Origin: Solobacterium sp.
Lineage (GTDB): Bacteria; Bacillota_I; Bacilli_A; Erysipelotrichales; Erysipelotrichaceae
Assembly (NCBI GenBank): GCA_017421125.1
Contig: JAFOMZ010000173.1
Coordinates: 1,209-65,208 of the forward strand
Direction: 5' to 3'
DNA: 64,000 bases
Shown here piece by piece: positions 31,472 to 41,035 of the stretch; position 1 is the stretch's first letter, and the number at the start of each line of letters is the position of its first letter. The notes below the pieces were generated by a model. That model ran no database searches. It saw nothing but the letters and a program-made list of their open reading frames with translations, and had not been told where the DNA came from. A program made the translations under genes and the position numbers.

Positions 31472-33280
31472 ATGGATCAGAAATATATTCGCAACTTCTG
31501 TATTATTGCCCATATCGATCACGGCAAGTCCACCCTGGCAGACCGTATCCTGGAAATGACCGATACGGTCCAGCAGCGCGATATGAAAAACCAGCTGCTG
31601 GATGACATGGAACTTGAACGTGAACGAGGCATTACGATCAAACTGAATGCTGTCCAGCTGAGCTATCACAGCAAGGACGGACATGATTATCTGTTCAACC
31701 TGATCGATACACCGGGTCATGTGGACTTCAGCTATGAAGTCTCCAGATCGCTCGCCGCCTGTGAAGGTGCAGTCCTGGTAGTCGATGCGACACAGGGCGT
31801 CCAGGCACAGACACTGGCAAATACGTATCTGGCACTGGACAACAACCTGGAGATCCTGCCTGTCATCAACAAGATCGACATGAACAATGCCCAGCCTGAC
31901 TTTGTGAAGCATGAGATCGAGAACATCATCGGTCTGGACTGCTCGGAAGCACCGATGATCTCTGCCCGTACGGGTATGAATGTCGACCAGGTGCTGGAAC
32001 AGATCGTCAGGTCGATCCCTGCGCCGGGAGGAGATCCTTCCGCTCCGCTGCAGGCACTCGTGTTCGATTCGTTCTACGATCCCTACAGGGGCGTCATCGC
32101 CCTGGTCAGGATCAGGGAAGGCTCCCTGAGCGTCGGGGACAAGATCCGCTTCATGGCGACCGGTGCTGAATATGAAGTACTGGAAGCAGGTATCCGCAAT
32201 CCGCGTGAGGTTCCCCTCAGGACACTCGGATGCGGTGATGTCGGATGGTTTGCGGCATCCATCAAATCCATCCAGGATGTCATGGTAGGTGATACCGTCA
32301 CTTCTGCCGCGCGTCCTGCAGCAGAGCCTCTGGAAGGCTACCGCCGCATGAACCCGATGGTCTACTGCGGTCTGTATCCCAGTGATGCCCAGAAGTACGG
32401 AGACCTCCGTGATGCGCTGGATAAGCTCAAGCTCAATGATGCTTCACTGGTATATGAACCGGAAACATCGCAGGCCCTGGGCTTCGGTTTCCGCTGCGGC
32501 TTCCTGGGACTGCTCCATATGGATGTCATCCAGGAACGTCTGGAACGTGAATACAACCTCGACCTGATCGCAACGGCTCCCTCTGTTATCTATCACTGCT
32601 ATCTCAGTGATGGTACGATGATCGCCGTAGATAACCCGGCAAAGATGCCGGACTTCTCGAAGATCGATCATCTGGAGGAACCATACGTCAAGGCTGATAT
32701 CATGGTGCCGGATACGTATATCGGCGCTGTCATGGATCTCTGCCAGAACAAGCGCGGGATCTATCAGTCCATGGAAGTTATCGATACGGGTCGAAACATG
32801 ATCACATACGAGCTTCCGCTGTCCGAGATCATCTTTGATTTCTTTGACCGGCTGAAGTCATGTTCCAAAGGATACGCTTCCCTGGACTATGAGATCATCG
32901 GATACCGTAAGGAAGACCTTGTCAGGATGGATATCCTGCTCAACGGGGAACCGGTGGACGCGCTGTCTGTCATCGTGCACAGAGGCGACGCATACCGCCG
33001 CGGAAGCCAGATCACTGTCAGGCTGAAGGAACTGATCCCCAAGCAGCAGTTTGAGATCCCTGTACAGGCAGCTGTCGGCGGCAAGGTCATTGCCAGGACC
33101 AATATCAAATCACTGCGCAAAAACGTGCTTGCCAAGTGCTACGGCGGTGATATTTCAAGAAAGAAAAAGCTGCTTGAAAAGCAGAAGGAAGGAAAGAAGC
33201 GCATGAAGGCGGTCGGCTCTGTCGTCATTCCGCAGGAAGCGTTCATGGCTGTGCTTTCCGTCAATGATGATGAAGGATAA
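31472..33280 (+). CDS. lepA: Elongation factor 4
   Basis: [56 protein letters not shown]. Confidence 0.99.
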   Translation: MDQKYIRNFCIIAHIDHGKSTLADRILEMTDTVQQRDMKNQLLDDMELERERGITIKLNAVQLSYHSKDGHDYLFNLIDTPGHVDFSYEVSRSLAACEGAVLVVDATQGVQAQTLANTYLALDNNLEILPVINKIDMNNAQPDFVKHEIENIIGLDCSEAPMISARTGMNVDQVLEQIVRSIPAPGGDPSAPLQALVFDSFYDPYRGVIALVRIREGSLSVGDKIRFMATGAEYEVLEAGIRNPREVPLRTLGCGDVGWFAASIKSIQDVMVGDTVTSAARPAAEPLEGYRRMNPMVYCGLYPSDAQKYGDLRDALDKLKLNDASLVYEPETSQALGFGFRCGFLGLLHMDVIQERLEREYNLDLIATAPSVIYHCYLSDGTMIAVDNPAKMPDFSKIDHLEEPYVKADIMVPDTYIGAVMDLCQNKRGIYQSMEVIDTGRNMITYELPLSEIIFDFFDRLKSCSKGYASLDYEIIGYRKEDLVRMDILLNGEPVDALSVIVHRGDAYRRGSQITVRLKELIPKQQFEIPVQAAVGGKVIARTNIKSLRKNVLAKCYGGDISRKKKLLEKQKEGKKRMKAVGSVVIPQEAFMAVLSVNDDEG

Positions 33281-34373
33281 CGGGATCCGCCATCTTTATG
33301 TGCATGTACCGTTCTGCCGGACGATCTGTTTTTACTGTGACTTCTGCAGGACGCTCTATCGCGAACAGTCAGCCTCCCAATGGCTTGACGCGCTGGAAAA
33401 GGAGCTGTTCCTGAAGGACATCCGTGTACCGCAGGAAACGGTCTATATCGGCGGCGGAACACCGACATGCCTGGTGCCTGAGCAGCTGGAGAGGCTGCTT
33501 GGCATGCTGGATGGATACTGTGGGGATGGCTGTGAATATACCATCGAAGTCAACCCGGAGACGCTGACGGAAGAAAAGGCGGACATCCTTGCCCGGCATG
33601 GCATCAACCGTGCCAGCATCGGTTATCAGACATCTGATCCCCGGATGCTTGCGCTCATGAACCGTCACCATACAGCCGGGGATGTCAGACATACGATGGA
33701 ACTGCTCAGAAGCAGGGGGATCACCAACCTGTCGCTGGACATCATGTATTCACTGCCCGGCCAGACGATGGAGGACCTGCAGGAAAGCGTGAAGGACGCG
33801 CTGGATATGCGGCCGTCGCATCTGTCCCTGTATTCCCTGACGATCGAGGAACATACTGTATTCGCAAAACGAGGATATCAACCCTGTGATGAAGAACTGG
33901 AAGCGGATATGTACGAGTGGATCGTACGTACACTGGAATCCGCAGGATATGAGCAGTATGAGATCTCCAACTTTGCCCGCAGCGGTATGTACTCACGTCA
34001 CAATACCGCGTATTGGGAATACCGGAACTTCCATGGGATCTCCATGGGTGCCAGCGGCAAAGCTTCCGGCTTCCGTTATGACAACACAAAGGATCTGAAG
34101 GAGTACCTCCTTGATCCTCTGAAGCGTGAGACCATTCCCCTGAGCGAAAGGGATGAGATGTTTGAAATGGTCATGATGGGACTGCGCATGAAGCGCGGGA
34201 TGTCCCTGAAACGCTTTGAAGAATGCTTCGGCAGATCATTTGTATCTGTATATGAAAAACAGCTGGAAAAGCTGATTGCACAGAACATGCTCGTTGTGAC
34301 AGACGGTACTGTGCGCTGTACACCGGAGGGTCTGGAGATCCTCAACACCGTGCTGGAGGAATTCCTGGACTGA
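33264..34373 (+). CDS. hemW: Radical SAM heme chaperone (HemN-like)
   Basis: [34 protein letters not shown]; lepA-hemW synteny. Confidence 0.9.
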   Translation: MMMKDNGIRHLYVHVPFCRTICFYCDFCRTLYREQSASQWLDALEKELFLKDIRVPQETVYIGGGTPTCLVPEQLERLLGMLDGYCGDGCEYTIEVNPETLTEEKADILARHGINRASIGYQTSDPRMLALMNRHHTAGDVRHTMELLRSRGITNLSLDIMYSLPGQTMEDLQESVKDALDMRPSHLSLYSLTIEEHTVFAKRGYQPCDEELEADMYEWIVRTLESAGYEQYEISNFARSGMYSRHNTAYWEYRNFHGISMGASGKASGFRYDNTKDLKEYLLDPLKRETIPLSERDEMFEMVMMGLRMKRGMSLKRFEECFGRSFVSVYEKQLEKLIAQNMLVVTDGTVRCTPEGLEILNTVLEEFLD

Positions 34374-34421
34374 TGTCTGTCCCCGGCAGCGGATATGCTT
34401 GAAACTGATTATGGAGGAACT

Positions 34422-35114
34422 ATGAAAACAGGGATCATCGGCGCGATGGATCAGGAAGTAGATTCCCTGAAAAGGGAACTCAGGGATGCCGTATCAACAA
34501 CGATCGCAGGCATGGAATTCTGCGAAGGATCACTGGACGGTCAGCAGGCAGTCATCGTGAAGTGCGGGATCGGCAAGGTCAACGCAGGCACATGCGCACA
34601 GCTGCTGATCAATGTGTTCGGAACTGACCGTATCATCAATACCGGTGTAGCCGGATCACTGGATGCCGCGATCGATATCGGTGATATCGTCGTATCCACC
34701 GACGCGGTCCAGCATGATTTCGATCTGACCCCTCTGGGATACGCCGCAGGTGAACTGGACGGGATCGGTTCACCTTCACTGACAGCTGACCCGCATATGC
34801 GCGCACTGGCTGTTGATGCTGTAAAACAATGCGCACCGGAGGTACATGTGTTCGAAGGACGTGTCTGTACCGGTGACCAGTTCATTTCCTCTGCTGAGCA
34901 GAAAGCGTCCATTTCCGGACGGTTCGGCGGATTATGCTGTGAGATGGAAGGCGGCGCGATCGCGCAGGTATGCTGTCAGAACAAAATACCGTTTGTGATC
35001 ATACGGGCGATCTCCGATAAAGCGGACGGCTCTGCGGATATGTCTTTCGCAGAGTTTGTGCAGGAAGCGGCTGTCAGGTGCGCTTCGATCACCAGGTATA
35101 TGGTCTCTCACTGA
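34422..35114 (+). CDS. mtnN: 5'-methylthioadenosine/S-adenosylhomocysteine nucleosidase
   Basis: GIIGAM, GIGKVNA, INTGVAG, TGDQF, EMEG, RAISD. Confidence 0.95.
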   Translation: MKTGIIGAMDQEVDSLKRELRDAVSTTIAGMEFCEGSLDGQQAVIVKCGIGKVNAGTCAQLLINVFGTDRIINTGVAGSLDAAIDIGDIVVSTDAVQHDFDLTPLGYAAGELDGIGSPSLTADPHMRALAVDAVKQCAPEVHVFEGRVCTGDQFISSAEQKASISGRFGGLCCEMEGGAIAQVCCQNKIPFVIIRAISDKADGSADMSFAEFVQEAAVRCASITRYMVSH

Positions 35115-35138
35115 GAGGGACGATCATATGAAGTTCAT

Positions 35139-35171
35139 GAAAGAAGATCCGGACATGCGGATCTTCTTTTC
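35139..35171. terminator. Bidirectional terminator between mtnN and the PucR-family gene
   Basis: GAAAGAAGATCCG-GACATG-CGGATCTTCTTTTC. Confidence 0.8.
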
Positions 35172-35231
35172 GTGAGTATTGATATGTCCGGAACGGAAAC
35201 CGGTCAGGATCAGTCGTTGTTAAAGCTCATA

Positions 35232-36389
35232 TCACTGATCACTCAGGCACAAAAGCCGGCACGCGACCAGATATTTCATTTTTTCTTCTGTTGAATCCAG
35301 GTCACTGTTCAGTAGTTTTTTGATGTTATTCATGCGGTAGATCACAGTATTCCGGTGCAGGTACATCTGTGACGCTGTTTCCTGGATACTGCCGTTAGTG
35401 CGCAGATATATCTCCAGCATCCTGACATAATCACTGCTGTTTTTCTCATCATAATCGATCAGCGGCTGTAAAAGATCCGAGCCCATTTCTTTGATCAGGA
35501 ACGGATCACTGATCAGATACAGCAGACGTTCCGTATCCATGTCATCGAACCAGACGACTCTTTCTCCGGAGATCAGCGCTTTCCTGGAAGCGGCACGGGC
35601 TCTCTTATAGCTGTACGTCAGGTTGTCCAGATCTTTCACGACACTGCCGACACCGACTGCCAGTTTCTGCATCGGCATTCTCTGTTCCACGCGGCGCTTA
35701 AATGAATCAATGATCTCATGGAGAACGCTTTCCGGTACATTGTTGACGACAACGACAAAACAGGAATCGTAATAGAAAAAGTTGGCGTTATGCGAGATGC
35801 TTTCAAGGTAGATCTGGATCTGGAAGCTCAGCCGCCGTCTTTCGACCGTATCCATCGTGTCCAGGTCACCTGTTTCCAGGGCAAAGACCCGGAAGTCACC
35901 GTCTACATCAAAGTAGGGCAGCAGATCCGTACGATAAGAACTGTTTTTCGGTTTCTCAATGGCTTCGATAAAAGATGCCGAGATCTGTTCGTCAGCCATG
36001 CCCTGCAGAAGCACACGGATATTGAGATCCTTGATCATATCAAACAACTGGATATGCCATGGTACTGTCAGGAGCGGAAGATCGTTCTCGTTGCATATGT
36101 CGATGACAGACTGCGGGATCTCATGAATATACATCCCGGTATTAATGATCAGGCCGGAGGCACGCAGTTTGACAAGCAGACCGACGAGCGCAAGAAGCTT
36201 CGATTCTTTGTCAAACCCGAATCCTGTCGTGATCGCGAGGTCTTTTCCCTTGAAATTGCGCAGAGCGTTGATATCTTCGATCAAAAGGATCCAGCTGATG
36301 GAATTTGCCCATCCTTTCTGTCCTGCCACAAAGGTGATTTCGTATTTATCCTGTGAACTGCTCATCAGATCTTCGATCGTATATCCCAT
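35232..36389 (-). CDS. PucR/CdaR-family transcriptional regulator (~385 aa)
   Basis: N-terminal PucR ligand-binding-like segment (AGQKGW...ITTG...LPLLTVPW), C-terminal HTH TASQMYLHRNTVIYR. Start at ATG 36389 with GAGGTG RBS. Confidence 0.9.
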   Translation of the reverse strand: MGYTIEDLMSSSQDKYEITFVAGQKGWANSISWILLIEDINALRNFKGKDLAITTGFGFDKESKLLALVGLLVKLRASGLIINTGMYIHEIPQSVIDICNENDLPLLTVPWHIQLFDMIKDLNIRVLLQGMADEQISASFIEAIEKPKNSSYRTDLLPYFDVDGDFRVFALETGDLDTMDTVERRRLSFQIQIYLESISHNANFFYYDSCFVVVVNNVPESVLHEIIDSFKRRVEQRMPMQKLAVGVGSVVKDLDNLTYSYKRARAASRKALISGERVVWFDDMDTERLLYLISDPFLIKEMGSDLLQPLIDYDEKNSSDYVRMLEIYLRTNGSIQETASQMYLHRNTVIYRMNNIKKLLNSDLDSTEEKMKYLVACRLLCLSDQ

Positions 36390-36424
36390 AAAACACCTCT
36401 TTCTTTGCCTATTATACAATCTAT

Positions 36425-36441
36425 ATGTGCTATCAGCACAA
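36425..36441. promoter_or_regulatory. Candidate PucR-family operator ATGTGC-N5-GCACAA
   Basis: Dyad TGTGC-TATCA-GCACA in the divergent intergenic region; same geometry as the B. subtilis PutR box TTGTGG-N5-CCACAA. Confidence 0.6.
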
Positions 36442-36540
36442 ATAAAAGCATAAATATCATGTTTCCAATCCATTGTAAGCGATTTGATATCAGCTATTAT
36501 ATAGGTGTAAAGCACAAGTAAATAAATGGAGGGGAAATAT

Positions 36541-36684
36541 ATGCTGGCAATGTATCCGCTTTATTCAAATAACGAAGTAAAAGTATCACCGAACTGGTTC
36601 GAAGCTGAACGCATGGGTTATGTAGCAAGATCCGATAAGCATCAGACAAGTCTGATCGAATTCATCAGACACCTGTTCCGCTAA
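36541..36684 (+). CDS. Unannotated 47-aa small protein MLAMYPLYSNNEVKVSPNWFEAERMGYVARSDKHQTSLIEFIRHLFR
   Basis: GGAGG RBS, host-like codons, upstream TTGTAA-16-TATTAT, downstream hairpin at ~36736-36762. Below the ORF-track size cutoff. Confidence 0.7.
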   Translation: MLAMYPLYSNNEVKVSPNWFEAERMGYVARSDKHQTSLIEFIRHLFR

Positions 36685-36827
36685 GCGCTCAGACAGGATC
36701 ACGATCTAATCATCAGATCATTGATATTCACAGGAATGAGGACGTACCGCCCTCATTTTTCTGTATCCGGGACCATTCTCCGGTTATTTCTGCAGGTGCT
36801 GCAGAAAAAATGAGATCCGGCCGGATC

Positions 36828-38321
36828 TCATTTGGGATGATACAGTTTTTTATGCTGATAGACAGGATCGAAGGTGACGTTGACGCCCAGTTTGCGGAAG
36901 ACATTCGCGTCTTCTTCCGGCAGGACAACTGTCGAGTGTGCTTCTGATCCTTTCATGAAGGGCAGCTGTGCCATAGCGGCAGCCGCATGCTTGTTTGTCT
37001 TGGCAGTGATCGCCAGCGCGATCAGCAGTTCATCGGAGTGCAGTCTCGGATTGTGATTGCCGAGATTGTTGATCTTCAGTTCCTGGATCGGCTTGACATA
37101 GAACGGCTCGATGAGCAGAGTTTCCTTGTCTATATTGCCCAGTGCCTTCAGGGAGTTGATGATGGCTGCGGCGGAAGGTCCGAAAAGGGAAGAGGTCTTT
37201 CCTGTAACGATCCTGCCGTCCGGCAGTTCAACGGCCATGGCAGGCTCACCTGTCAGCTGTGCTTTCTCTCTTGCGGCGACCGTGACCTTGCGGTCTGAAG
37301 ATGTGATATCCAGCTCATTCATGAGCAGTTCGATCTTGTGAATGGAAGCTTCCTGGACGCGCTCCGCTTTGACATCGACAAGCGTCTGATAGTACCTGCG
37401 GATGATCTCAGCCTTGGCTGCTTCTTTTGCGGCTTCATCATCGGTGATGCAGAAGCCCACCATGTTGACGCCCATATCTGTCGGAGACCTGTAAGGGGAC
37501 TTCGTCATGATGCGTTCGATGATCCGGTTGAGCACAGGGAAGATCTCAACGTCACGGTTGTAATTGACGGCTGTTTTCCCGTATGCCTCAAGATGATACG
37601 GATCGATCATGTTGATGTCGTTCAGGTCTGCCGTGGCAGCTTCATATGCCAGGTTGACCGGATGGTGCAGCGGCAGATTCCACACAGGGAATGTTTCAAA
37701 CTTCGCATAGCCTGATTTGATGCCGTGCAGCTGATCATGGTAGAGCTGTGAGATGCAGGTAGCCATTTTGCCGGAACCCGGTCCCGGAGCTGTTACAACG
37801 ATCAGATTTCTGGATGTTTCAATATAATCATTTTTTCCCAGGCCTTCCTGTGAAACGATGAAGTCGACATCGGTCGGATAGCCGGGGATCGGATAGTGTC
37901 TGTAGCACCTGATGCCGTCGTTCTTCAGCTGGTGCATGAACTGATCAGCCTTGGGCTGATGTTCATACTGTGTGATGACGACACTGCCGACATACAGACC
38001 AAGTGCGACAAAGGCATCGATGGAACGAAGCAGTTCCTGATCATAACTGATGCCGAGATCACCTCTGCTTTTGGAACGTTCAATACTGTTTGCGTTGATG
38101 CAGAGGATCAGTTCAACATGATCCTTCAGTTCAGTCAGCAGCCTGATCTTATTGTTCGGCTCATATCCGGGAAGAACCCGCGCGGCATGAAAGTCTTCAA
38201 ACATCTTGCCGCCGAACTCCAGATAGAGCTTGTCGTCAAAGATGCTGATGCGTTCCAGAATCTTGTCTCTTTGAAGCTTCAGATACTGATTTGAATCAAA
38301 GGCAGTCCTAGCCATATCCAT
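36828..38321 (-). CDS. DUF1846 (UPF0371) family protein
   Basis: [60 protein letters not shown]. Confidence 0.9.
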   Translation of the reverse strand: MDMARTAFDSNQYLKLQRDKILERISIFDDKLYLEFGGKMFEDFHAARVLPGYEPNNKIRLLTELKDHVELILCINANSIERSKSRGDLGISYDQELLRSIDAFVALGLYVGSVVITQYEHQPKADQFMHQLKNDGIRCYRHYPIPGYPTDVDFIVSQEGLGKNDYIETSRNLIVVTAPGPGSGKMATCISQLYHDQLHGIKSGYAKFETFPVWNLPLHHPVNLAYEAATADLNDINMIDPYHLEAYGKTAVNYNRDVEIFPVLNRIIERIMTKSPYRSPTDMGVNMVGFCITDDEAAKEAAKAEIIRRYYQTLVDVKAERVQEASIHKIELLMNELDITSSDRKVTVAAREKAQLTGEPAMAVELPDGRIVTGKTSSLFGPSAAAIINSLKALGNIDKETLLIEPFYVKPIQELKINNLGNHNPRLHSDELLIALAITAKTNKHAAAAMAQLPFMKGSEAHSTVVLPEEDANVFRKLGVNVTFDPVYQHKKLYHPK

Positions 38322-38391
38322 TTACCCCTCAATGTTCATTAGTATATCAGAATCAAAGATATCCTGCTGATAAAAACGTATAATTTTCTGA

Positions 38392-38504
38392 TTGTATTAA
38401 GCCCAATGGTGTGATATTATTTCATAGCTTTCATTCTGGGACGCGCGAGTCCTCTGACGCCGGTCTCGGATTGAAACGACATTGCATAACAGGAGGATAA
38501 AATT
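38392..38504 (+). promoter_or_regulatory. rpsO promoter and structured 5' leader (probable S15 autoregulatory RNA)
   Basis: TTGTAT-17-TATTAT; the leader pairs TTTCATTCTGGGA with TCTCGGATTGAAA around an inner GCG/CGC stem, just before the AGGAGG RBS. Confidence 0.65.
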
Positions 38505-38771
38505 ATGCTTGAAAAGGAAACGATTGCACGTATTGTCAAAGAATTCGGTCTGAAGGAAGGCGACACAGGTTCTGTTGAGGTACAGGTTGCCCTGCTGACA
38601 GAAAAGATCAACCGTCTGACTGAACACCTGAAGATCAACAAGAAGGACTACTCTTCCGCAAGAGGTCTGATGAAGATGGTCGGTCAGAGAAAGCAGCTGC
38701 TTTCCTATCTGTCCAGAACAGACTTCAACCGTTATCGTGAACTCGTTCAGAAGCTCGGTCTGAGAAAGTAA
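38505..38771 (+). CDS. rpsO: 30S ribosomal protein S15
   Basis: [36 protein letters not shown]. Confidence 0.98.
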   Translation: MLEKETIARIVKEFGLKEGDTGSVEVQVALLTEKINRLTEHLKINKKDYSSARGLMKMVGQRKQLLSYLSRTDFNRYRELVQKLGLRK

Positions 38772-38785
38772 TCGCATATTGAGCA

Positions 38786-38816
38786 GCGGAGTGGATCAAA
38801 TCCATTCCGTTTTTTT
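38786..38816 (+). terminator. Intrinsic terminator after rpsO
   Basis: GCGGAGTGGAT-CAA-ATCCATTCCGT followed by a T run. Confidence 0.85.
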
Positions 38817-38956
38817 ATTCCTTCGGTGTTCCTGCCGGATGCTGAGTGAAAAGGATCCTGTTTTCTTTCATAAAAGAAACAGGATTCCTTCTGTCAGATG
38901 TCCCTCATGGAACTCACGCCTGATGTTTTTCTGATAGGATAACCGAAAGGAGTTAA

Positions 38957-40177
38957 ATGGATATGAAAAAAGTACTGCTCTGCGGTAAGCTGTTTACTGC
39001 GGAAAATGATGATGTTCTGGAAAATATGGCTGTTGTCGTGGAGGACAGCAGGATCGTTTCCGTATGTTCCCAGAATGACGTGAACACAGACAATGCCAAA
39101 GTGATCGACCTCAATGACAAATTCGTCATGCCCGGCCTGATCGACGGACACCTGCATACCACATCAAACGGCGGGACAAAAGAAGAACCGGGCTACCGGA
39201 CAACTGCTGACCTGACGATCAATGCTCTGCTGAACGCGCAGACAGACCTGCTGGCAGGCTTTACGACGATCCGCGATGAAGGCAGTGAAAACTTTGAGGA
39301 CGTTGCCCTGAAGAAGGCGATCAATGCCGGCAGGGTAGACGGTCCGAGAATGATCACATCCGGCAAGGTGATCACCGCAACGGGCGGCCATGCGGATTCC
39401 CGCTTCCCGCTGGACGTGCATCCGGATGTCTCCTATGGCGCATTTGTCTGCGATTCTCCCGATGACTGCAGAAAGGCAGTCCGTCAGATCTTCAAATACG
39501 GTGCCGATCAGGTCAAGGTCATGGGGACCGGCGGTGTTATGTCGTTAGGCGACGAGCCGGGTGCTCCCGAGTTTACCGAAGAGGAATTCCGTGCGATCTT
39601 TGAGATCTCCAATACAAGAGGCCGTCTGTCATCCGTGCATGCGCATGGCGCGGAAGGCATGAAACGGGCAATGCGTGCCGGCGTCACAACGATCGAACAC
39701 GGCATGCTGATGGATGATGAAGCAATCCGGATGATGGCTGATACCGGTACCTATCTGATCCCGACGATCATTGCCGCCAAGGCGATCGTAGACAACGGTG
39801 TTGAATCCGGAATTCATCCGGAGAATGTCGCAAAGGCAGCCAGATGCATTGCAAACCACTATACCAACCTGAAAAAATGTCTGGAGGCAGGCGTGAAGAT
39901 CGCGTTCGGTACCGATGCAGGAACACCGGGCAACTATCACGGCATGCAGACAAGGGAATTCCAGCTGATGAAGGAAGCCGGTCTGCCGCCGGTCTATATC
40001 CTGCACAGCGCGACCAGCCGGAATGCTGAAATGATCCGGATGATCGATGAGATCGGAACGATCACCCCGGGCAAATACGCTGATATCACGGCGTTTGACG
40101 GAGACCCTCTGGAAGACTTTGAAACGATGAACCATGTAAAGTTCGTCATGAAGGACGGAAAGGTATACAAAAGCTGA
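38957..40177 (+). CDS. Metal-dependent amidohydrolase (Xaa-Pro dipeptidase/carboxypeptidase-like subgroup)
   Basis: PGLIDGHLH, GFTTIRD, TGGHAD, VKVMGTGGV, HAHG, TIEHG, FGTDAG. Confidence 0.88.
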   Translation: MDMKKVLLCGKLFTAENDDVLENMAVVVEDSRIVSVCSQNDVNTDNAKVIDLNDKFVMPGLIDGHLHTTSNGGTKEEPGYRTTADLTINALLNAQTDLLAGFTTIRDEGSENFEDVALKKAINAGRVDGPRMITSGKVITATGGHADSRFPLDVHPDVSYGAFVCDSPDDCRKAVRQIFKYGADQVKVMGTGGVMSLGDEPGAPEFTEEEFRAIFEISNTRGRLSSVHAHGAEGMKRAMRAGVTTIEHGMLMDDEAIRMMADTGTYLIPTIIAAKAIVDNGVESGIHPENVAKAARCIANHYTNLKKCLEAGVKIAFGTDAGTPGNYHGMQTREFQLMKEAGLPPVYILHSATSRNAEMIRMIDEIGTITPGKYADITAFDGDPLEDFETMNHVKFVMKDGKVYKS

Positions 40178-40330
40178 ATTTGAAAACGAGGCCGTGTGAT
40201 ACGGTCTCTTTTCTTTCGGAACAACAGTGTCTTCATAACTTTCACGCGGCATATCAATTTGTTAATTTTGTTCAGACAGTACCAAACAGGCCCGATGATT
40301 GATAAAATAATATAGTTAAAGAGGACGGAT

Positions 40331-41032
40331 ATGAGCTATATTGAATTTCATGATGTAACCAAGGTATACCATGTCGGCGAAGTAGACATCCGCGCTCTTG
40401 ACGGCGTGGACTTTGATATTGAAAAAGGACAGTTTATCGTGATCGCCGGTGCTTCCGGAGCAGGAAAAAGCACGATCCTGAATATTCTGGGAGGCATGGA
40501 CACATGCACGGACGGCGAGATCATTGTGGACGGTTCAAGAGTCGATCAGATGAATGAGGCCGAGCTGACGGATTACCGCAGATATGATATCGGCTTTGTT
40601 TTCCAGTTCTATAACCTGGTGCAGAATCTGACGGCTCTGGAAAATGTGGAACTGGCAGTTGAGATCTGCAAAGATCCGCTGGATCCTGCCAGAGTACTGG
40701 AACAGGTCGGACTCGGTGACCGTATGAATAATTTTCCTTCACAGCTTTCAGGCGGCGAGCAGCAGCGTGTTGCGATCGCAAGGGCGCTTGCCAAAAACCC
40801 GAAGCTCCTTCTTTGTGATGAACCGACCGGCGCGCTGGACTATGTGACCGGCAAGCAGATCCTGAAGCTGCTGCAGGAAACATGCCGGACACACGGCATG
40901 ACGGTGATCATCATTACGCATAATCTTGCCCTGTGCCCGATGGGTGACCGTGTTTTCCGCGTGAAGAGCGGAAAGATCATCTCAGCAGAGGTCAATGAAC
41001 ATCCGCAGGACATTGAAACGATTGAGTGGTAA
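40331..41032 (+). CDS. ABC transporter ATP-binding protein (LolD/MacB type)
   Basis: [35 protein letters not shown]. Confidence 0.95.
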   Translation: MSYIEFHDVTKVYHVGEVDIRALDGVDFDIEKGQFIVIAGASGAGKSTILNILGGMDTCTDGEIIVDGSRVDQMNEAELTDYRRYDIGFVFQFYNLVQNLTALENVELAVEICKDPLDPARVLEQVGLGDRMNNFPSQLSGGEQQRVAIARALAKNPKLLLCDEPTGALDYVTGKQILKLLQETCRTHGMTVIIITHNLALCPMGDRVFRVKSGKIISAEVNEHPQDIETIEW

Positions 41033-41035
41033 AAA

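Noticed and set aside
33264-34373. hemW as a true coproporphyrinogen III oxidase or part of a novel radical SAM system
   Set aside because: The HNxxYW motif and lepA linkage identify ordinary HemW.
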